Positions 25,043 through 33,521 of a DNA stretch of 64,000 nucleotides are shown here, piece after piece. Position 1 is the stretch's first letter; each line of letters starts with the position of its first letter. A model generated the notes under the pieces. That model had not been told where the DNA came from and did not search any database. It saw only the letters and a program-made list of their open reading frames with translations. This DNA comes from Eubacteriales bacterium. GTDB taxonomy: Bacteria; Bacillota; Clostridia; Oscillospirales; CAG-382. The position numbers and the translations under genes were made by a program. The stretch covers positions 2,902-66,901 of the forward strand of contig JAZNCU010000029.1 of the NCBI GenBank assembly GCA_045587745.1, in the 5' to 3' direction.

Positions 25043-27427
25043 TTAGCCGTTCTCGATCAACTTAAAAAGAAAATCGTTCAGCCTTGACATATCCTCCTCG
25101 GAGAGCTTTATGGAAAAATTGTCGTAGCTAAAGGTTCCGCACTCCGAATGATAGTTTAGAAGCTTTCCGAAAACGGTCACCTCAAAATCACAGTAACAGT
25201 CGGGTGCGGCGTTTTCCCATGCGCCCGAGTCGATTATTTCCTGCACGAAATCGGCGTCTTCCGACAAATCGTAATAAACGCTGTCGTATACAAAATAGGA
25301 GTCGCCCATTCCCGCACTGCCTTCGACCACGCCGCCTTCAAAATCGCCGTAACCGCCCGAAACCTCGTAGGATTCGTCGTCTGCACCCTCCTGTACCGAA
25401 GGTGTGTCGATGTTCAAATCGAATTTTTCAAAATCGGTAATAGAGTAGTCGCCGAGGCTGATAGCCGTAACGCTGCCGGTGCTGACGATGTATGCGTAGT
25501 CCCCGATATAAAGTCCGCGAACGCTTGTTAACTCGTTCCAGTTCAGATATCCCTTTTCGTCGGTTCCCATGTCTAAGGTGACCTTTGCGTACTCGACTAT
25601 TTGACCGTCCTCAAATCCAAAGAACGAGTAGTAGTAGTTTGCACGGTAGTCATTCTCAAGCTTTCCGTCATCGCCGTAGTACCAGCCCTCACGCAAAAAC
25701 GGAATGCCGATGATATTTTTGCCTGCGTTTACAAGAATCGCCTTGTGATTATCGAGAGCCGGGCTGTAAAGATAGTAGCTGTTGTAGTATTTTTCGGTAA
25801 TGTTGTAGGGCATAACGTAGGTATCGAGCTCGGTCACGTCAGCAGGATCGGAGTTGTCAAACATAGTCAGCTTGAGTCCCGTGATGCTTCCCTCAATAGT
25901 GGCATCATAGCCGAATCCGAGCAGAAGTTCATCACCGTAGGGATGCATATAAGAGGAAAATCCGTTGATTTTAAGCTCGGAGAGAACCTTGGGATTTGAA
26001 GGATCACTGAGATCGATTGCGTAAAGCGGATCGGTCTGGCGGAATGTTACAACGTAGCCGATATCGCCCATAAACCTCACTGATCTCACTGTTTCGGTGA
26101 GTCCGAGATCCTCGCTCTTGCCGACAATGTCGAGATTGGCGTCAAGAATATAAAGGTTGCTCTTGTTCATCTGGACGGAATAATAGTAGCCCGTAGTTAC
26201 TATCCTGAAATAGCCGTTGTGCTCATCCATAGAGAACTGATTGTTAATGTTTCCGTCAACCGTTCCTCTTGCCTGCGGCTTGATCACTCCGTCCTCGAGA
26301 GCGATTCTGGTTATAACGGTTTTGTAATAGCAGTCGATCTCGGATTCGGTGTCCATATCGGAATAATGGTACTCATACTGTGTTGCGGCAAGGTAAAGAT
26401 TATCCTCCGAGCAATAAACGGTACCGCTATTATTGTAAATTGCCTTTGCATCGGCAAATCCGTAGTCATCACCGCCGAGCCTGACCGACGTAATAACGGT
26501 GCTGCTATGGCTTTTGTTCTCGTCGGCAACGTAGATATAATCGGTATCAAGGGGTGCGCCGTCAATATAGGGCTGAATCGCATCGAGATCCGGTGTAACG
26601 GAATAGGGCAATCCTATCCCGTCGGCAACGATATCAATAAGATCGTAGTCGTAGTATAAATAGCAATTGTGTGTCGAAATAGTGTAGAGCACACCGTCAG
26701 CCACACGTGCGTTGTTGTAGTGGCCGGACTGAGTTCTGATATCTGCAATAACCGGCGCCGCTTTGTCGGAAATGTCCACAAAAACCGTCATCGTGGAGGG
26801 CATCTCGCGGTCGTCATTTTTTGTACGGTAGGTGACAATAACGCAAATCAGGTCACCGTACAGCATCATTTCACGGATACCGCCTTTGCCAAGCGGGAAA
26901 TAGTTCTCCGAACGCTCGGATATTATGCTCAGAATATCGGTCTCGGAGCAAAGCGCAACCTGTCCGTTATCGGCACGGATGATTCTGAGAACACTGTGCT
27001 TTTCCTCGGACATCGCAGTGATGTGATAAATATATTCCCCGTCGGTTTTTATGATATCGCCCTCCTGAACACCTGCAACCTGGTTGTTGGTGTCGGAGTA
27101 GTCTGCTCTGTTATCCGAGTCGCCGGGCGCCGCCGCATCAAAGTCCGCTCCATCGCCTGCAACTTCCTCTTCGACAGCATCCTCAAGAACCATGTCATCG
27201 CCTGCAATCTCACCGTTTGTCCAACCGTATTCTAAGTTCTCAAGATTGGCGGACAGGGCAGCCTTAAGCTCCTCAACGGTTTCGTATCTCGTAAGACCGT
27301 CAAGGTCAAATTCGACAAAAACTTTGTCGCCGACAGGAGTGCTGACTGAGCCTTTAATTTCGCCGCATCCTACGGTAAACAGTGTAATAAATGCAAGTAT
27401 CAGTGCAAAAAGTTTAATGTGTTTCAT
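25043..27427 (-). CDS. secreted lipoprotein with beta-propeller domain (PF09826-like)
   Basis: 794 aa with a lipobox-type signal peptide, MKHIKLFALILAFITLFTVGC. The long repetitive beta-rich middle resembles the family annotated as a beta-propeller domain in Firmicutes and archaea. It lies downstream of the ECF sigma/anti-sigma pair. Confidence 0.6.
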   Translation of the reverse strand: MKHIKLFALILAFITLFTVGCGEIKGSVSTPVGDKVFVEFDLDGLTRYETVEELKAALSANLENLEYGWTNGEIAGDDMVLEDAVEEEVAGDGADFDAAAPGDSDNRADYSDTNNQVAGVQEGDIIKTDGEYIYHITAMSEEKHSVLRIIRADNGQVALCSETDILSIISERSENYFPLGKGGIREMMLYGDLICVIVTYRTKNDDREMPSTMTVFVDISDKAAPVIADIRTQSGHYNNARVADGVLYTISTHNCYLYYDYDLIDIVADGIGLPYSVTPDLDAIQPYIDGAPLDTDYIYVADENKSHSSTVITSVRLGGDDYGFADAKAIYNNSGTVYCSEDNLYLAATQYEYHYSDMDTESEIDCYYKTVITRIALEDGVIKPQARGTVDGNINNQFSMDEHNGYFRIVTTGYYYSVQMNKSNLYILDANLDIVGKSEDLGLTETVRSVRFMGDIGYVVTFRQTDPLYAIDLSDPSNPKVLSELKINGFSSYMHPYGDELLLGFGYDATIEGSITGLKLTMFDNSDPADVTELDTYVMPYNITEKYYNSYYLYSPALDNHKAILVNAGKNIIGIPFLREGWYYGDDGKLENDYRANYYYSFFGFEDGQIVEYAKVTLDMGTDEKGYLNWNELTSVRGLYIGDYAYIVSTGSVTAISLGDYSITDFEKFDLNIDTPSVQEGADDESYEVSGGYGDFEGGVVEGSAGMGDSYFVYDSVYYDLSEDADFVQEIIDSGAWENAAPDCYCDFEVTVFGKLLNYHSECGTFSYDNFSIKLSEEDMSRLNDFLFKLIENG

Positions 27428-27452
27428 TGTTATTCCTCCGTTGGTTGACCGC

Positions 27453-28361
27453 TCAGCCGATCAAAGCATCGCATATATCCTGTCGGCTGATTGCCGGCAC
27501 GTAGCAAAAAACGGTTTTGTCGCCGCTTTGGGCGGCAAATCGGTAGAAGGGAAGCGTCAGATTCGAATCATACGAAAACATTTCGGTGTAAACGATAACG
27601 CCGCTTGTTTTCTCGGTAATAATGCCGATATAATCGGTCGAGATATCACCAAAATCCTCCTCGGAAATATAAAATTTTCCGTCCATCAGCTCATAAAAGG
27701 CAGTGAGTACTCCCTTTACCTTGGCGAAATATACTTTGCCGCTGTACTTAAAGCTGATCATGTAGTTGTTGACACCTTCTTCGTGGAGGTCTTCTTCGTC
27801 GGCGTTGAATATATACTCGATAATCTCAAAGCATCCTTCCATACAAAGCGATTCGTTCAAACCGATATCAATGATGGAATCCTCACTGTCCATATCTGTC
27901 GAGGGCTCCTGTTCCGATGTGACGGATTCGGCAGTATCCGAAAAATCACCGGGGGATACGACGCCGTCATTCGCGTCTCCGCAAATCTCGCCTCGGCTAT
28001 CCTCGGCATTCTCGTCTTCGTTATATGTGCCGGAGACGGAGTCCAATATTTCCGCGTTCTTGTCTTCTTCACGCCCGTTACCGACCGTATCCCCGGCATC
28101 GGTAGCATTCTCATTAAATATGCCTTCGGTGCCGCCATAGTGGTCCGAACCGTCGTTTCGGTTGGAAATTGCAAAAAAACCAACAGTAAACAACACCATA
28201 CAGGCACATGCGGCAATAGCTCTGCGGATCACAATCCCGTAGTGAGCGTTGCTCCTGCCCGCCTCGGCACGCATCGCATTCCGTGTGCGCTCCAGCGCCT
28301 CGGCGGAGGGATTGATGCCGTCAAGTGCCTTTTTGTATTCTTTGTTAAACACTGTCATCAT
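27453..28361 (-). CDS. putative anti-sigma factor (single-pass membrane protein)
   Basis: The start is ATG-ATG at 28361/28358, overlapping the sigma gene stop. The layout is a short cytoplasmic N-terminus, one TM helix (AIAACACMVLFTVGFFAI), an acidic low-complexity linker, then a globular C-terminal domain. The function is inferred from position only. Confidence 0.5.
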   Translation of the reverse strand: MMTVFNKEYKKALDGINPSAEALERTRNAMRAEAGRSNAHYGIVIRRAIAACACMVLFTVGFFAISNRNDGSDHYGGTEGIFNENATDAGDTVGNGREEDKNAEILDSVSGTYNEDENAEDSRGEICGDANDGVVSPGDFSDTAESVTSEQEPSTDMDSEDSIIDIGLNESLCMEGCFEIIEYIFNADEEDLHEEGVNNYMISFKYSGKVYFAKVKGVLTAFYELMDGKFYISEEDFGDISTDYIGIITEKTSGVIVYTEMFSYDSNLTLPFYRFAAQSGDKTVFCYVPAISRQDICDALIG

Positions 28362-28860
28362 CCTTTCTGTCTTCTGTGCCGCCGCCAAGCTGTACCTTGA
28401 GTGCCTTTCTTCCTCGGAACAGCAGGGATTTAACTGCCGAAACGCTTTTACCCATCGCCGTAGCCGCTTCATCTACCGACATATCCTCGTAGTAGTATAG
28501 GTGTATAGCGGTTTGCATATCGGGAGGCAGCTTTTTAAGCTCGGATACCAGTCCTCCGCCCTCATAAAACTCCTCGTTGTAGCCGATATCGCTGTCGAGA
28601 GGGATAGTCCTGCGCCTGAACGCCGAGCTGAAAAGACTTTTTGTGCGGTTTACCGTCGTGCGGATAAACCAAGCCTTTTCGTGAGCTTCGTTTTCAAAAA
28701 CAGGTGCGTTCTTAATATACCGTACAAAGACGTCCTGCATGACATCCTCGGCATCATGCACGTTCCCTGTGCGGAGATACGCTATTCGGTATACGGTAGC
28801 CGAGTACTTCTCGAGCATTTCCTCGGCATTATGTACGGAACGTCTTCCGCCATCTGCCAT
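28345..28860 (-). CDS. ECF-type (group 4) sigma-70 family sigma factor
   Basis: Region 2 reads VYRIAYLRTGNVHDAEDVMQDVFVRY. Region 4 reads PPDMQTAIHLYYYEDMSVDEAATAMGKSVSAVKSLLFRGRKAL. The probable start is ATG 28860 (171 aa). The track ORF extends to 28953. Confidence 0.85.
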   Translation of the reverse strand: MADGGRRSVHNAEEMLEKYSATVYRIAYLRTGNVHDAEDVMQDVFVRYIKNAPVFENEAHEKAWFIRTTVNRTKSLFSSAFRRRTIPLDSDIGYNEEFYEGGGLVSELKKLPPDMQTAIHLYYYEDMSVDEAATAMGKSVSAVKSLLFRGRKALKVQLGGGTEDRKDDDSV

Positions 28861-28952
28861 GCTTTTCACCGCCTTCGTACAATAATACCTTTCAAAACCC
28901 TGTTTGGTTGCAAAAAAATCAAAATTTCCCAAAAAAATATTTTTCAAAAGCA

Positions 28953-28990
28953 AAAAACACCTGCATAGCTTTTATTCACAGCAGGTGTTT
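28953..28990 (-). terminator. Rho-independent terminator of the SGNH hydrolase gene (symmetric)
   Basis: Stem AAAACACCTGC / GCAGGTGTTTT with a 16-nt loop and T-runs on both strands. It lies 9 nt past the stop at 28999. Confidence 0.6.
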
Positions 28991-28998
28991 TTAACCGT

Positions 28999-31230
28999 TC
29001 AGTGCAATTTGTTTTTGTCCTTCTGCACGGATTTTATAAACAGTACGCCAAAAACGCATATTCCGACAAACATTACTATAACCGCAACGGTTACCGTCCA
29101 CGAGTCCTCGGCATCTGCCTGCGGCTCGCTCTCGGCATCATCGGATGCATCCGGGCTTGCGCCGCCTACTTCGGTGCTCTCATCGGTATCCTCGCCAAGG
29201 TCCGAAAAGTTCTCGTAAATACAATCGGCAATCCAGGCGCAGTATTTCTTGTTGCCGTAGTTCGACAGGTGTATGCCGTCGACCGATGCGGTTATCGCCG
29301 CAAGCTCGCTCTCGGCAAGTGCATTGATATTCAAAAATCCTGTTCCGTATTCCTCGGCAAGCCGCTTAACAACCTCGCAGTAGCTGTCAATGGCACCCGT
29401 GGCGTGGTTGAGAGCGTTGGAGGCGTAGGGCTTGTATACGTCGTGCGGAGCAACGAGCAATATTTCGGTGCCGCATTCCTGCAGCTGCTCGATTATACTG
29501 CGGTAGTTCCTTTCGTAATCCTCGAGAGGGACGAGATTAGTGCCCGTATTTGAGTTTATACTCTGATCGTTCATGCCGAAATTGACTATAACCAGGTCGG
29601 GTGAGTACGAAATAACCTCGCCCTCAATACGAGCCAGAGCGTGTGCGGTGGTATCACCGCCGACACCTGCATTGATAACGTCAACACCAAGCTCGCCGAA
29701 CAGCATACCGACCCAGCCTCCGACAGCCTCGGTAATGCTGTCACCGAACGCAACTATCGTTTTATCCCTGAATGGGCTTGTTGTAGCTCTCTCGCTCGCC
29801 AGTCTGAACGTGTAAACGCCTATTGGCGACGGGTCGTAATTCTTGGCTTCGGCGTATACACGCAGGGAGTAGGTGCAGCCCACCTCAAGCGACTCGCCGT
29901 CCACGGTGAACACGGTTTCATCACCGCTTGCCTGTGCGTCGGTAGAAGAAATATAGCTTCCGAGCGTGCTTGAGGTCGAGTTGCAAAGGTAGACAGTGTA
30001 GGACTCGGCTCTCGGAACGCTCTTCCATTTTATATCGATAGCTTCGGGTGTGAAAAGGTTATTTTCGGTGGTGAATTCAATATCCCCGAGCTTTTGTCCG
30101 ATTGTTTCGGGAATATAGTATTCCTCGGGCTCGTCCGAAAGAATATTTATAAAGCCGTTTGTACTGAACTGTTTATCGTCGTAATACTTGTAAATATTAC
30201 CGGTGTACTCAAAAGTACCTTCCTCAATGTCAATTCCCGTGAGATATGCCTTTGCGCCCGGTTTGAGCAGCGAAAGCTTTTCAAAGGTATAGGTGGCGGT
30301 TTGATTGATATAGTTTACACCGCCGCTTGATGCGTAGTTGTTACCGAGATTTACTGCAAGCACAAAACCGTTTTTTGGTATAATGGCGCATTTATCACGC
30401 ACGGAGCCTGTACTGAGGTCAAGCTCGGTCAGAATATAAGCACGCTCATACTCGTTCCATTCGAACACCGCAAGCTTCCACCATGGGAAGGTATTTTTGG
30501 TCCTCTGGTAGGTATCAACACCCCAATCGGGGGTAAGAATTGTCGCCTGTCCCTCGCCGCTGCAGTTGTTGATTGCGTTGATTCCGAGAGAGTACTCTGC
30601 CTCGAGAGCCGTGCTTCCGTCGGGCGAATAAGGCGTGCCCGATTCGTCGGGAGCTCCAACGGTGATATAGGCATCGCTTTTGAAATCCTCGGTATACCAG
30701 AGCGCACTGTTTGTAACAATATAATTGGAAGCGAGGTCAATACCGTAAAGGTATACCTTCGTTCCTTTTTTGAGACTCTTGGCGTAATCGAACGAATCAC
30801 TTACCGCCTCTGTCGTGTAATCGGGAAAGGCGACGGGATCGGCATAAACCGCCCATTGAACGGGATCAGATGCGTAAAGGGCAGGGTAGTCGTTACCCTC
30901 GTTTATGCAATAGCAAAAGCCGTTTTCGGGAATTTTTACCGAGCTTTTACCGGAGTTTACGGTGTTGTGCACCTCGGTAAGAATATAACAGCCCTCGTCC
31001 TCGCTCCATTCAAAGCAAAAAACATACCACCACGAAAACGAGCCGTATGAGCCGAGCATTCCGTCAGCCGATGTGGTATAAATCGCACCCGATCCCTCGT
31101 AATACGCAGGGTCGACGTTAATGTGGGTAACGATAAGCGAGTCGCCGTCATTGCCGTATGCTGACGGAAAAACCGTCAGCATACAGGATATAAGCAGTAG
31201 GCAAGCTATGAATAACGCAGTTTTTTTCAT
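28999..31230 (-). CDS. cell-surface SGNH/GDSL hydrolase with duplicated N-terminal module and C-terminal TM anchor
   Basis: It has a signal peptide from ATG 31230 (MKKTALFIACLLLISCMLTVFPSAYG) and two related modules of about 190 aa. The GDS block is IVAFGDSITE, with a later GxND (NFGMNDQ). An acidic linker and a C-terminal TM helix (VAVIVMFVGICVFGVLFI) follow. Confidence 0.75.
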   Translation of the reverse strand: MKKTALFIACLLLISCMLTVFPSAYGNDGDSLIVTHINVDPAYYEGSGAIYTTSADGMLGSYGSFSWWYVFCFEWSEDEGCYILTEVHNTVNSGKSSVKIPENGFCYCINEGNDYPALYASDPVQWAVYADPVAFPDYTTEAVSDSFDYAKSLKKGTKVYLYGIDLASNYIVTNSALWYTEDFKSDAYITVGAPDESGTPYSPDGSTALEAEYSLGINAINNCSGEGQATILTPDWGVDTYQRTKNTFPWWKLAVFEWNEYERAYILTELDLSTGSVRDKCAIIPKNGFVLAVNLGNNYASSGGVNYINQTATYTFEKLSLLKPGAKAYLTGIDIEEGTFEYTGNIYKYYDDKQFSTNGFINILSDEPEEYYIPETIGQKLGDIEFTTENNLFTPEAIDIKWKSVPRAESYTVYLCNSTSSTLGSYISSTDAQASGDETVFTVDGESLEVGCTYSLRVYAEAKNYDPSPIGVYTFRLASERATTSPFRDKTIVAFGDSITEAVGGWVGMLFGELGVDVINAGVGGDTTAHALARIEGEVISYSPDLVIVNFGMNDQSINSNTGTNLVPLEDYERNYRSIIEQLQECGTEILLVAPHDVYKPYASNALNHATGAIDSYCEVVKRLAEEYGTGFLNINALAESELAAITASVDGIHLSNYGNKKYCAWIADCIYENFSDLGEDTDESTEVGGASPDASDDAESEPQADAEDSWTVTVAVIVMFVGICVFGVLFIKSVQKDKNKLH

Positions 31231-31244
31231 TGAAAAGCTCCGTA

Positions 31245-32468
31245 TCAAAGCAGGCAGTCAACCTTTTTGCCTTCCTCAAGGCAGGCAAAAATGTACTCGC
31301 AGTTCATAAGGAATCTGGGGTGATGGAAGGGACCCTTCCACATCGATCCCTTCTGGGTGTGCGAAACGGTGCCGTCCTTGTGGAGGTAGCCGTACCACTC
31401 GCCGTATTCCTTATCGGCAAAGTGACCGAACGCATAGGTGTGAGCTTTTTCAAACCACTTCCAGTATTTTTCGTCGCCGGTGAGGTTGTAGGCGAGAAGC
31501 GTTGCAATGCAAGCCTCGTTGTGTACCCACCAGAGCTTCATGTCGTGCTCGAGCTGCTCGCAGGGACGTCCCTTTACATCGGCAAAGTAAATAAATCCGC
31601 CGTACTCCTTGTCCCAACCCCACTCAAGGGAGTAGTCGAGGATCGTAAGAGCGTTTTTGAGAAGCTCCTCATTGCCCGTGTAAATAGCCTGATTCATAAG
31701 GAACCAGCTGTTCTCCATCGAGTGACCGGGGTTGATGGTGCGGCCTGCGGGATTATCGATAAACTCACCGTTGGGGCCTACCGTCTCGAGAACGCATTTC
31801 ATCTCGGGCTTGAAGTGAATATTGATAATAATATCTGCCATCTCGTCGGCTATCTTGGTATAGTAGTCAGCTCTTTCGGGATCGCATCTGCGGAGTGCCT
31901 GAGCACTGCTGATAAGAACCATAGGAACCGAAACGGCTCTGTCGGCTCTTGTTTCGGAATAGGACTTGGGCGTGATCTTAAAGGGATCGGTCGAGGGATC
32001 TCTGAAGATGGAAAGCATTGTTTCAAAGCAATCCTCAGCCTTTTTGAGAGCTTCCTTATCGCCCGACATTACGGCGTACTCTGCCATCGAGAGCACGTAA
32101 AAGCTCTCGGTAAAGGTGTAACGGCGCTTCCTGAGAGGCTTGCCCTCCTGAGTAAGGGTAAAATACATTCTGCCGTCCTTGCTGTCGGCAATGTATTTGT
32201 CGATAAACTGCTTTCCGAGCTCAGCTGCCTCAACCCACTCGTCTCTTTTTCCGTAAACGTTGCAAAGGCGGGAGAAGGTCCAAAGGCATCTGCCCTGGAA
32301 CCAACCTGATTTGTCGTTATTGTAGGATCTGCCCTCACGGTCGATGCTGGTGATATAGCCGCCGTTTTCCTTATCGATAAGATCGCTGTTCATCCAAAAA
32401 GGGATACAGTCCTTAAGAAGCTGATTGTTGTAAAACTGTCTGTAAGAGGAAAAAGTTTTGGTGTCCAT
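31245..32468 (-). CDS. AGE-family epimerase/isomerase (N-acylglucosamine 2-epimerase / cellobiose 2-epimerase-like)
   Basis: 407 aa. It appears to be an (alpha/alpha)6-barrel family member, with repeated W/H-rich motifs (RCLWTF, GHSMENSWF, LWWVHNEA, WKGPFHHPR). Confidence 0.75.
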   Translation of the reverse strand: MDTKTFSSYRQFYNNQLLKDCIPFWMNSDLIDKENGGYITSIDREGRSYNNDKSGWFQGRCLWTFSRLCNVYGKRDEWVEAAELGKQFIDKYIADSKDGRMYFTLTQEGKPLRKRRYTFTESFYVLSMAEYAVMSGDKEALKKAEDCFETMLSIFRDPSTDPFKITPKSYSETRADRAVSVPMVLISSAQALRRCDPERADYYTKIADEMADIIINIHFKPEMKCVLETVGPNGEFIDNPAGRTINPGHSMENSWFLMNQAIYTGNEELLKNALTILDYSLEWGWDKEYGGFIYFADVKGRPCEQLEHDMKLWWVHNEACIATLLAYNLTGDEKYWKWFEKAHTYAFGHFADKEYGEWYGYLHKDGTVSHTQKGSMWKGPFHHPRFLMNCEYIFACLEEGKKVDCLL

Positions 32469-32553
32469 AAATTACCGTCCTTATATGTTTTTTATTATAT
32501 TTTATCATACTTATTTTATCTGTCAATAAGAATGTTAAATTTTGGATTATAAA

Positions 32554-32582
32554 TTGACAAACACATACAATGATGATATAAT
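32554..32582 (+). promoter_or_regulatory. sigma-A type promoter upstream of the LRR lipoprotein gene and alaS
   Basis: TTGACA (32554-32559), a 17-nt spacer, then the extended -10 TGaTATAAT (32574-32582). Both hexamers are consensus. Confidence 0.6.
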
Positions 32583-32613
32583 TGATCGGATGAAAGGAAA
32601 GGAATGCCGGCTG

Positions 32614-33495
32614 ATGAAAAGATTTGCTCTGATATTGCTTTCATTACTAATGGTGATATCGCTCACCTCCTGTACTTCCTTGCTCGAAAAAGCAAAGTCT
32701 ATCGTTACGGGTGAGGAAATATCTGTACCCCCCGAGGATTTTATTGCCTCGAAGGAAAACGAGCTTTACACCTATGATGAATACGTTGACTATATATGCC
32801 TGACCGCTTATCTCGGCAGTGATACCGAGCTGGTTCTGCCCGACACGATCGACGGCAAGCCCGTGCGTGAGCTCGGCTCGCTGTTCCTGTACGAGTGCGA
32901 GGGAATTACCTCTGTCGTAATTCCTGCCTCTGTCGAGGTTATCCGTGAAAGCGCATTTTATTACTGCGACGAGCTTTTGAGTATCACTGTTCCCTCCGGC
33001 GTCAGCCTTATCGGCTCACGTGCGTTTGCCTGGTGTCTCTCGCTTAAAGAGGTCGTAATCAATGCAAATATTACCGCAATACCCGATTATTGCTTTAATC
33101 GCTGTATTGCTCTCGAGACTGTCACGCTTCCCGCAAGCGTTACTAAAATAGGCGTGCGTGCATTTTCCTATTGCGATGCGGCTGTGGATATCACGCTTCC
33201 CGACGGCGTTACCGAGATAGGCGATCTTGCCTTTTCGGGATGTGCGCTTCTCAATTACGTTGAGGTGCCCGATTCCGCCGTTACGCTCGGAAAAGATATT
33301 TTTTCGGGCAGCGAGAGCGTTGTTGTGATCGCACCCGAGAGCTCTGCCGCAAAAGCGTATTGCGCCGAGAACAGCCTTCGCTGGAGCACGTCACGCTCGA
33401 TCCCCGCTTATGTTCCCGGGGCTGACGGGGGAGCAACCGACTCCTCGTCCGACCTGTCTTCTGCCGAGTCTGAGGCAGATGGATCCGTTGAATAA
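32614..33495 (+). CDS. leucine-rich-repeat (BspA-like, LRR_5) surface lipoprotein
   Basis: The likely start is ATG 32614, giving the lipobox MKRFALILLSLLMVISLTSC. It has repeated modules of about 23 aa (I.IP.SV..I...AF..C..L). The C-terminal tail is S/D-rich. Confidence 0.75.
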   Translation: MKRFALILLSLLMVISLTSCTSLLEKAKSIVTGEEISVPPEDFIASKENELYTYDEYVDYICLTAYLGSDTELVLPDTIDGKPVRELGSLFLYECEGITSVVIPASVEVIRESAFYYCDELLSITVPSGVSLIGSRAFAWCLSLKEVVINANITAIPDYCFNRCIALETVTLPASVTKIGVRAFSYCDAAVDITLPDGVTEIGDLAFSGCALLNYVEVPDSAVTLGKDIFSGSESVVVIAPESSAAKAYCAENSLRWSTSRSIPAYVPGADGGATDSSSDLSSAESEADGSVE

Positions 33496-33521
33496 TTTCC
33501 CTATGTGAAAGGAATTTTAAT

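Noticed and set aside
27192-28400. 402-aa plus-strand ORF across the anti-sigma gene and propeller gene start
   Set aside because: It is in phase with the anti-sigma codons and spans two well-organised minus-strand genes. Its composition is poor.
31230-32309. 359-aa plus-strand ORF opposite the AGE epimerase
   Set aside because: It is the in-phase antisense of a gene with clear family resemblance, and no independent signals support it.
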